64,000 nt of DNA, taken from assembly GCF_009914755.1 (NCBI RefSeq), contig NC_060934.1. The stretch is one strand, 5' to 3'. Positions 52,991-64,000 of the stretch are shown here, piece by piece. The stretch's first letter is position 1; every line of letters begins with the position of its first letter. Source of the stretch: the human T2T-CHM13v2.0 reference genome, Homo sapiens. The notes beneath the pieces were generated by a model that was not told where the DNA came from, made no database searches, and worked only from the letters and a program-made list of their open reading frames with translations. The position numbers were made by a program, and so were the translations under genes.

Positions 52991-54539
52991 AGAAAAGCTG
53001 GCTGAGTGAATTGCTGCCCCATTCCAAAAAGCCATCGGGAGAACGGGCAGCAGCTGCAGGAAGTGACTTTCACTGTACTCCATTTCATTTTATCACACTT
53101 TCATTTTATTGACCTTTTCTCTAAAGCAACGGAGCTGTTTTCCTTTGTTTTATTCATAACTCTTAATTTTTAAAAGTAGTCTGACTTCATGCTACCATCT
53201 CAAATTGTATCAACTTTAAATTATTTACATGAATCGGGAGGGAGGAAATGGAAACCATTTTTCACATTCGATTTATATCCAATCAGAGTTTTTTCTTTTT
53301 TCACAACAGTTGTTAAGTTGTTAGCAAACCTGTGTTTTCACAGCAAGCTAGGAAGTCCCTTAGATCATTATCCAGAAAAACGGCATGTAATTAGGACTAC
53401 ACAGAAAGGCGCCCTAGAAAATACAGAACAGGGCTAGAGGTACACACCTGCAGACAGGTGTTCTACAACAAGGCTAAGTGCACATCTGTCCACCTGGAAC
53501 AGCAATCTTGCTTACTGAGTAGTTAACTGCATGCAATAAACTGTGAACTCAGGAAGGGCGAGGGCCATGCATGTAACTCGAGTAGGAGGGGTTCAATAAA
53601 TATCCATGAATCAGTGAATCGATGAATATCACTTAAAACAGGCTCTTCCCACAACACTCTGCTCCTTCCCTTTCAATTCCTGTAAAGGCCAGAATATTAA
53701 AGGAACCTCCAAGTCATTCTTGATTGCTAAGAGGCCACTAGCCACACTGAGATGGCTCCTCCAGGGTGGCCCTCATGAGGACCACTAAAGGGCTTTTCCC
53801 ACCAGGAAGTAAATCACTCCTACGCCATCAGAAGGATGTTCGGCATCAGCTTCCCTATCCTGAACACTTTTAGGACTTGGAAAGGTAAACGTGGCACCGA
53901 TCTGGGTGTAAATGGCTTCACTCAACAATGTTCATAATCTCTTTCTGCCCCTGCTAAAATTCTCTTGAAAGAGGTGGAACTTTCTGTACCCTTTTGGTTG
54001 CTGTGATGTGGACACTCTTTAGTTAACTGAAAAGGCAACAACAAGAACGAGGAAAGAAAGTAAAAGAGATCAGCCACAAAGACAACTAAGGGTGTTCTAA
54101 ACAAATCACATGAGATTAGCAGAACAGGTGGGCTGGAGGAAAATTCATGCTGGAAAAGCCAGGCGCTTTGATGTTGGAATATCTGGTTGAAGATGAACCA
54201 ACCAAGCAGAATAAACGGGTGAAGACGAATGATAATAATCTGTGAGAGGGAGATAGATCAGACACGGCACCCGGTTCACAGAATTAGAGTAACACCCCTA
54301 CACGTGATGCCCCCGTGGTATGAGACCTGAGTTCACTAGCAAAAGCTCAGCAACCCACTGATAATTTTGAAAACAAACAAACAAATAAAAAAAGAGGATG
54401 CTCTTTTTCGAATACTTCATAAACTTAGACATCTTAGTTGTGGCTGATGTCTTTACTCCCTTGTCCCATCCAAAAGCTACAATCCACATGGATGGCCATG
54501 TGGTCTTGAAAGCACCTCATCTCCTGCTCTATATCATTA

Positions 54540-54852
54540 ATTTTATTTTTATTTTTACTTTTTTTTTGAGATGGAATCTCACTGTGTTGCCCAGGCTGGA
54601 GTGCAGTGGCGTGATCTCGGCTCACTGCAACCTGCGCCTGCCTCCTTGGTTCATGCAATTCTCCTGCCTCAGCCTCCCCAGTAGCTGGGACTATAGGCAC
54701 GTGCCACCACGCCCAGCTAATTTTTTGTATTTTTAGTAGAGACGGGGTTTCACTGTGTTAGCCAGGATGGTCTCGATCTCTTGACCTCATGATCCGCCTG
54801 CCTCAGCTTCCCAAAGTGCTGGGATTACAGGCGTGAGCCACTGCGCCCAGCC
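54540..54852 (-). mobile_element. Alu (AluSc/Y-like)
   Basis: gttagccaggatggtctcgatctc diagnostic. Confidence 0.93.
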
Positions 54853-54861
54853 AATTCTCTC

Positions 54862-55153
54862 TTTTTTTTTTTTGAGACAGTCTCTGTCGCCCAGGCTGGA
54901 GTGCAGTGGTGCCATCTCGGCTCACTGCAACATCTGCCTCCCAGGTTCGAGCGATCGATACTCCTGCCTCAGCCTCCCCAGTAGCTGGAATTACAGGTGT
55001 GTACCACCACGCCTGGCTGATTTTTGTATTTTTAATAGAGACAGGGTTTCGCCATGTTAAGCAGGCTGGTCTCAAACTCCTGACCTCGAGTGATCTGCCT
55101 GCTTCAGCCTCCTAAAGTGCTGAGATTACAGGTGTGAGCCACCATGCCTGGCC
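54862..55153 (-). mobile_element. Alu (AluS-type)
   Basis: antisense dimer. Confidence 0.93.
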
Positions 55154-55164
55154 ACCCTTCTCTA

Positions 55165-55430
55165 CATGATTAATTCTTAGCCCTCAGACTCCAGCTCAAA
55201 AGTCACTGCCCTGGGAAGCCCCCCTTGAATGCCCCTTTCTCATTGCCTCCTCTGTTCCCTAACATGCTTTTCTCACACCTAGACTGCTTCACTCGTTCTC
55301 TTTTTCTTTATTTATCTTTGCTTCCTCCATAGGAACTCGAGGCCCTGAAAAGCAAGGACTGAGTCTTAATTCTTTTTATCTTTGCTCAGATCAGAAGAAT
55401 GACTGTCTGTGCTCAGTTCATTATGAGTAT
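55165..55430 (+). mobile_element. L2 3' fragment
   Basis: ccagctcaaaagtcactgccctgggaagcc...ccctgaaaagcaaggactgagtct. Confidence 0.55.
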
Positions 55431-55778
55431 GTGAACTATGCTTTGTGAGCCCAGGAACTGGGTGGCCCCGGACTGAAGAGTCCCTGCGCAGGAATCATGA
55501 CTGAACCCGAGTGTGGGTGCATAAGCCCCCAAGAGAGATGAGCTGAGAGGAGAGAGGAAGAGGTCGCGTGTGGGATGAACACCTCCACGCTGCAGCAGCC
55601 AAATGACTTTGAGCACCTTTTCTTGGTCTAAAAAAGGAATCATATCTCTCCTGAATACCTCTCAGGATGATGAGGAACAAAATAGAGAATGGATCTGAAA
55701 GCACTTGAAAATCTATAAACGACCATGCAAATATATAATGACAGCATTTTGGTGGTGAAAGGTAAGGAAAGTAGGGAC

Positions 55779-55935
55779 GATGGATGGATGGATGGATGGA
55801 TGGATGGATGGATGGATGCATGGATGGATGGATGCATGGATGGATGCATGGATAGTTGGATGCATGGATGGATGGATGCATGCACGGATGCATGGATGCA
55901 TGGACGGATGGATGGGTGGATGGATGGATGGATGG
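55779..55935. repeat. (GGAT)n microsatellite with GCAT variants
   Basis: direct read. Confidence 0.97.
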
Positions 55936-55993
55936 AGAGTGGCTCATCAGCCACAAAACAGCTATGTTCCCACAAAAACTAAAAATAAATTTA

Positions 55994-56527
<534 letters not shown>

Positions 56528-58437
56528 CTAACTTCAAGTATTGTTAGTCCATTCTCTCATGGACTCTAAGAAGTCAAAGTTCAGAAATAAGAATGTGAAA
56601 CAGGAATGGGCCTCACCCAATTAATAAAACGTTGTCTAATGAGTGCACATAAAAAATACCAAGGGTCCAAAAGCTAGTAGCTCCTCCCTCATGTTTACTT
56701 GGCATTTATGAAGCACTTTAACATGTATTGATTTAGAATGCCTAAGTTTAATATTTAATGCGGCATCTAACAGATTTCCATCAAGACGCAGAAAGAAACA
56801 TTCTAACAGTACAGGCAGTGATTTTAAGTTTTAAATAAAGGCAAATGAGGTTCAAGTAGGTGAAGAAAATTGTTTCAAAAAGTTGTGGGGAAAGTACACA
56901 ACGAAAGTCTTTTGTCTATTTCAAATCCAACTAAAAACACAAGTTACAGCACAAGAATCAATTCTAAAGAGAATACAAAGTGTGTGTTAAAAGCCACTTG
57001 AATGGTTCGCTCTGCCAAGAGGTGAATGGGCTAAAAGGCTCACTCTTGGAGTTTACTTTCACCATGTAATCTTTAGGTTTAGAGTAAAGGGAAGCAAACG
57101 TATCCATAAAACTATGCACTGAGCATATGCGCTGTGTGCACATGAAGTCACTGAGGGAGGAGACACTTAATTTTGCTACCAGCAACATTTGGACAATCGG
57201 TAGATGCAGGGCCTGGATAGCAAAGCCGCATTTTAAAAGGGCGCTCTGTGCTCCGGCAGATGGGCTACAAACTTGACCAGACTGCAGCCACTGTGTCTTC
57301 CACTTACACCAGTTGCATGCATTAACTTTTCTATTCCTTAGCCATATGCCTTATCGCACATTCAAAAACATGTCCAGCAGATGGTAGGTAACAAAGAGAA
57401 GAGGGTGAGAAGTGAAAAACCCTGTTCTAAAGGAGGCATCTAAAAACCAATCACCTCCAACCTCTGATGAGAAGGGAATATTGTGAATCATCAAATGCCA
57501 TTAAACACCAATAGTTTGACGCCGCCCTTTGGAAGCAGATATTGACTTTTTGTATCACAATACTTGGAATAACACGCATACATTTTTCTAACACTGTTGT
57601 GTTTTCCTAACTCAGAATAATCACAGATTTTCATAATACCATAAATATTGACATAATGATAGATTGGCAATTCCCAGAATATGACTTCCTGTCACATGAA
57701 ACCCTAAATAGACGTATGGCTCTACACTGAGGAATCAGACCAAAGGAACATTATCTCATGAGCATTGAAGCAAGAAAACGTCCTAAGTTCAGAAAACATC
57801 GTCTCTTTTTATAAAATCTGTATTTGAAGATAAACAACAGAAGGGCTATTTACACCACTAATTCTGTCTCCATGCAGAGTCCAAAGAAGCCGGACAAAGG
57901 GCATGGGAAAATACCTCCAGGAAAAAGGCAGCAGTGTAGACAGCAGGGGAAGAGTACCAGGTGCCACTGTTCTCTACATGGTACAGCTCCTACAATGCAG
58001 GCGGCTCAGAAACACAGTAAAAGTCAGGAAAGGCCCCAGGGGAGAAAAAACAAGAGGGAAGAAAGGGAGGAACCTGAAGTAAAGGGAGGGACCTGACTCC
58101 AACACTCCATTCTGCCCTAATCCCAAACATGGACCCTGAAAACAGCTCAGCTCCATTCAATCAGGCCGTGGGCATGCACGCTCATCTGAAATGCCAAATG
58201 CAAAGTAAGCTTTAACACAATCACACGGCAACTCAGAATGAATGTCATCAACGCCAGGCATTGTCCTTCCAAAGTCCCTTCTGGGACATGGACAGCCCAG
58301 GTGTGTGCCTGCTGAGCTAGTGATTAGAGTGCAACCAAGTCACATCTGGTGGCCCAAAACTCTCGCCATGCTTGCACTCCAGATCCCTCCCCACCTCTGA
58401 AGTGGCTCCTGGAGCTCTGCATAAAAAGTGGTGGGCA

Positions 58438-58727
58438 GGCCGGGCATGGTGGCTCACACTTGTAATCCCAGCAGTTAGGGAGGCTGAGGTGGGCGGATCA
58501 CCTGAGGTTGGGAGTTTGAAACCAGCCTGGCCAACATGGTGAAACCCCGCCTCCACTAAAAATATAAAAATTAGCCAAGTGTTGTGGCACTTGCCTGTAG
58601 TCTCAGCTATTCAGAAGGCTGAGCCAGGAGAACTGCTTGAACCCGGGAAGCAGAGGTTGCAGCGCACCGAGATCACGCCACTACACTCCAGCCTGGGTGA
58701 CAGAGCGAGACCCTGTCTCAAAAAAAA
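58438..58727 (+). mobile_element. Alu (AluS-type)
   Basis: TSD aaaaagtggtgg. Confidence 0.95.
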
Positions 58728-59311
58728 GTGGTGGACGGTGGAACTTTCAAGGCAATGAACTTGGCAATGTCTCCCTTCAAGTCTCAGGAAGACGCCTGGG
58801 GAGCCAGGCCCGGGGAAGCACCGAGTCCGATCTGTAAGTCCTTTCTCCAACAGCACTTCACATAAAGAGAAGAAACAGGCTGGGCTGCAGCTCCCGCTGA
58901 CCCAGCACCGTGGGCCTCAGAATTGCTTTGACATCATGAACTTTCATTCTACAACAGGTACTGCTCCTGGAATAACGATACTTTCACTAAGACTTGTCAA
59001 CAGACGATAGGTGAATGGTACAAGCAGAGGAAATAAGGAAATAATCCTATCCTGTCTAACTTTATAAATGAGAGACCTGTAGGAGCAGCTTGTTCAATCT
59101 GGAGGCATTTCAGTTTTTCCAGTAGACCATCTCCTGTTATGCTCAATGCTGATTCAAATTATCTGACTTCTGGAATAGATATGCTTAGAACTTAACCTTT
59201 AAAAGTTATGAGAATACTTTGAAGAAATGAGTCAATACATTAATGACTCAAAAGAGTTAATGAAGCGTCTCAAGTAACATCTAGAAGCTGCTTAGGGATT
59301 AAGATATGCTA

Positions 59312-59598
59312 GTTTTGTTTGTTTGTTTGCAACAGGGTCTTGCTCTGACATCCAGGCAAGTGCAGTGGCAGAATCATGGTTCACTGCAGCCTAGACCTTC
59401 CAGGCTCAAGCAATTCTCCTGCCTCAGCCTCCTGAGTACAGGTGCGTGCCACCACGCCCAGCTAATTTTTGTATTTTTTGTAGAGACGGGGTCTCAATAT
59501 GTTGCCCAGGCTGGTCTTGAACTCCTGGGCTCAAGTGATTCGCCCACTTCAGCCTCCCAAGGTATTGGGACTACAGGCATCAGCCACCAAGGCCAGCC
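59312..59598 (-). mobile_element. Alu (AluJ-type)
   Basis: antisense dimer. Confidence 0.91.
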
Positions 59599-59662
59599 CT
59601 GGCTCTTGTTTGTATATCAACAGTTGCACCTTCCAAACGGCAAATGTACTTGGGTTTCCTTC

Positions 59663-59977
59663 CAGGCATGGTGGTTCACGCCTGTAATCCCAGCACTTTG
59701 GGAGGCCGAGGCAGGTAGATCACCTGAGGTCAGGAGTTTGATACCAGCCTGGCCAACTTGGTGAAACCCTCTCTCTACTAAAAATACAAAAATTAGCTAG
59801 GCATGGTGGTGCGCACCTGTAGTCCCAGCTACTTGAGACTGGATTCCTGAATCGCTTGAATCCAGGAAGTGGAGGTTGCAGTGAGCCAAGATTGTGCCAC
59901 TGCACTTCAGCCTGGGCGACAGAGCAAGACTCCATCTCAAATAATAATAATAATAATAAAATAAATAAATAAGTAAA
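59663..59977 (+). mobile_element. Alu (AluS-type) with (TAA)n tail
   Basis: sense dimer. Confidence 0.92.
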
Positions 59978-60420
59978 GAGGGAACAGGCATCAAAACAGT
60001 CCCATATCACCTCCAGTTCCATACCTGTGGCATGCAAATATTAAACTCCAAAAGCGTTTTTACTTCCTCTCTCTCCCATTCCTTCTTTACCCAGACACAC
60101 ACACACACATGCATGTATACACATGCATCCATATATAAATACACATGCACACACACCTATCCACACCATACCTTATCTGGTAGGTGTGTGATAAAGTGGT
60201 TCTACATAATCAGATAGGATATTCATTGAGATCATTTGATCATTTGATGGGCTAATAGAATAAAGAAAAATATAAGTTTGGATTAAGACATTATTGAAAA
60301 TAAACATAAACATCGTAGTGAAACCTCAACTTTGGTTTCTAACAATGCTTCCACATTAAAAAAGTCAAGCCATTTATAGCTGGAAAGTAAAATGAATGTG
60401 CTATATTTTAAAAATCAATT

Positions 60421-60485
60421 CATATATATAAATACATACATACATATATATATATAAATACATACATACATATATATATATAAAT
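60421..60485. repeat. (TA)/(CATA) compound microsatellite
   Basis: direct read. Confidence 0.9.
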
Positions 60486-60861
60486 CTGCCCTCAAAATGG
60501 CTAAAATTTAAAGAACTAACAATACCTTATGTTTATGAGAAAGAGAAGCAAGAGAAAATTTCTCATATATTTTCAAGGGGAGTATAGAAAGATACAACCA
60601 ATTTGGGAAAAAGTCTAGCAGTTTCTTATGAAAGGGAACACTCACCTACCCTATGATCTAGCAATGGCACTCCTAGGTATGTTCTGGACAGAAATGAAAA
60701 ATATTGTCCATGGAAGAATTGTCGAAACTGTTTACAGCAACTACAGATAGAACAGCCAAACACTAGAAATAACTTGAGCGCCCAGCAATGGAAGAAAGGG
60801 TAAACTGTGAAATATTAATACAGAAGAACGTTATGCAGCAATAAAAAGAAACAAACTACTA

Positions 60862-61640
<779 letters not shown>

Positions 61641-62206
61641 CTAATCTGTAGTAGAAAATAATCAGAACAGTGGTTGCCCTGAAGAGTAGAGGCAGGGATT
61701 TACTAGGAAGGGAATGAGGGACCTTTCTGGAATGATGGAAATATTTGGCACCTTGATAGGGTTTTGAGCTGCACATGTGTATGCCTAGGTTAGCACTTAA
61801 TATTTGTGAATTTCCTGGTATGTAAATTTCCCTAAGAGGAAAAATAAGCATTAAGTAAATATGGAACACTAATTAATGAGATACATGCTGAAGTATTTAT
61901 TTAGGGGAAAGGGCACTGATCCCTGAGACACACTTTAAAAGGCACAGAATATGATTAATGGATGGATAGAAGGATGAATAAATGAGCAGGTAAGTAATAA
62001 GGCAAGCATAATAAAATGTTAATTACAGAGCCTAAGTGATGTGTATGGGTATTCACTGCAAAATTTTTTCCGTTTCTTTGTATGACTGACATTTTCATGA
62101 GATAAACTGGAAAAATAAAAACCTATTACGGTCCCATAATACCATCTATCAGTTCAAAATTAGTTTTCTGAGTCTTTGTATAAGCAAAGATTGGAAGTAG
62201 AAAGCT

Positions 62207-62498
62207 TTTTATTTTTTGAGACAAGGTCTTGCTCTGTCACCCAGGCTGGAGTGCACTGACAGGATCATGGCTCACTGCAGTCTCCAACACCTGGGCTTGA
62301 GTGATATTGTCGCCTCAGCCTCCCAAGAAGCTGGGACCACAGGTGCCTGCCACCATGCCCAGCTAATTTTTAAATTTTGTGTAGAGACGAGGTCTCCCTA
62401 TGTTTTCTAGGCTGGTCTTGAACTCCTGGGCTCAAGCGATCCTCCTGCCTCAGCCTCCCAAAGTGTTGGGATTACAGCTGTGAGCCACTGTGCCTGTC
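62207..62498 (-). mobile_element. Alu (AluJ-type)
   Basis: TSD-like tag(a)aagcttttt. Confidence 0.92.
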
Positions 62499-63124
62499 TA
62501 GAAGCTTTTTTAAAAAGAAAGAAAAATATTAAACTTTTACAAGTTCAAATACCAAATAAATACTGGTATTTCACACTTATTTCAGAGCAAAGAAAGCCCT
62601 CACTCTATGCCAAAAGGAGAAAAAAGGCATCTCATTATGCTGTATGAATCCAATCATACCTGAATGTTTTACACGTAACCTCATCTTTCCTTTCCCCAAC
62701 TCACCAGTCGCTGGGTTCAAACATGTTTCTCTTTTTATATAAACAGTTTGCCAAATATTAATGAGCTCTGAACACAGAAGCCAGAAGATTCCCTCAATCC
62801 CAGCTAGGTGTAAACCCAAATCCCACTCTGTTCTATTGGACCTCCCTAAGAGCTCATGAGAGTTATTTGTGGGAGCTTCTTATCTCTTCCACACATCTGG
62901 ATCCCATGCAGTATCAAGTACCAAGCCTCCCTCATAAAAGATGCTCAAGGTTGCTTTTCATGGTTCAAGGGCAAACAGGAACCACACATGGGGTGTTTTC
63001 ATCTTTGTTCATGAAAATTACCAGGCCCATGAAAAGCCCCTTATTTACATTGGTAAAATGCTATGAGGATCAACATTGTGTGAAATTATAATATAATCCT
63101 CTAAGTCATAAAGCAGCACAGTTG

Positions 63125-63360
63125 GGGGGTGAAGTCCAGGCTGTCTCCTACATAACAGTAGAGTCTTCCAATTAATGTGCAAATTTGGGAAAGTCGTTTA
63201 ACTTCTTTGCACCTCACAGTCCTCTTCTATAGAGGGAGAATGATATTTACGCTGCATGCGATTGATGTGAAGATTAAATAAGATGATCTGTCAAGCTCCT
63301 TTGCATACTGTCTGGCATGTAAGAAGCACCGAGCACATGTTTCCTAATCGTCATTGTTAG
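63125..63360 (+). mobile_element. MIR
   Basis: ttgggaaagtcgtttaacttctttgcacctc...gtgaagattaaataagatga. Confidence 0.72.
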
Positions 63361-63769
63361 TTTTACGTGTCCAGGTGAATGAAGCTGAGAGTGCCTGTCT
63401 CTATTACATCAATTTAACATTAAGTAGAGCAGACAAATCAATATTGACAATTCCAAGAATTTAATAAATCACAGTTATCTAAACAAACTTCACTCCTGGG
63501 GTCCTAAAGTCAGCATACAAAAACAGCACCACTTTAGATACAGCTTTCAGGATTGCAGAAGCTGCCTTTTTTCCTTGCAATGTGTGTCCATGGTGGGTTC
63601 TAAAGTCTCAGGGAGGGAAGGGACAGGGAAGTCACTTGTCCAGAACCTGAGAGGACACCCTCAGCAGTCTTTTTCCTCCTTCTCAACATCCTCAAGGGCA
63701 GAGAAATGGGCCTCCCGGTACCCTCTGGCCATTGGACAGAGGGTCATGATCCATCCTCGACATTTTAGC

Positions 63770-64000
63770 TGGGCAGGCGGAATGAGTCCTCCAAAGACAT
63801 CCAAGCCCTCATCCCCGGAACCTGTCAATACATTGTGTTAAAAAGGGACTGCAGAGGTCATTAGGGCTATGGATTTCAAGATAAAGAGATTATCCTGAAT
63901 GAGCCCCTAGAAGCAGGGAACTTTCTCCAGCTGTAGCCAGAGAGACATCGCAGAAGGGTAAGTCAGAGCAACTGGACATGCAGGAGGCCTGGATGCACTC
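63770..64000 (+). mobile_element. MLT1-type MaLR LTR (runs off the window)
   Basis: ccaaagacatccaagccctcatccccggaacctgt...gagattatcctgaat. Confidence 0.75.

Noticed and set aside
57235-57540. Possible CTCF sites (ccggcagatgggc; ccaaagggcggcg on minus)
   Set aside because: Core mismatches to the consensus; cannot be supported without a matrix scan or ChIP data.

Overview
Primate (human-like) non-coding genomic DNA with no recognisable protein-coding exon, RNA gene, CRISPR array or true CpG island. It holds about 54 Alu/FLAM copies (roughly a quarter of the window), ERVL/MaLR LTRs (LTR40-, MER74-, THE1-, MLT1-like), old L1, L2, MIR and MER5/MER53 fragments, and microsatellites. Most ORFs in the track come from Alus or simple repeats, and the rest look like chance open frames. 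The unique DNA looks A-rich on the + strand by eye and has several good minus-strand splice-acceptor-like sites, so this may be a large intron of a minus-strand gene; the gene cannot be named. The most notable structure is three non-tandem local duplications about 7-10% diverged, with paired copies 1.5-6.2 kb apart. Two are pasted inside Alus and look like locally templated insertions from break repair. There is also a 53-bp VNTR born from the head of an Alu. I see no evidence of a new protein-coding system. Repeat family names are recalled from consensus sequences, boundaries are approximate, and identities were counted by hand.
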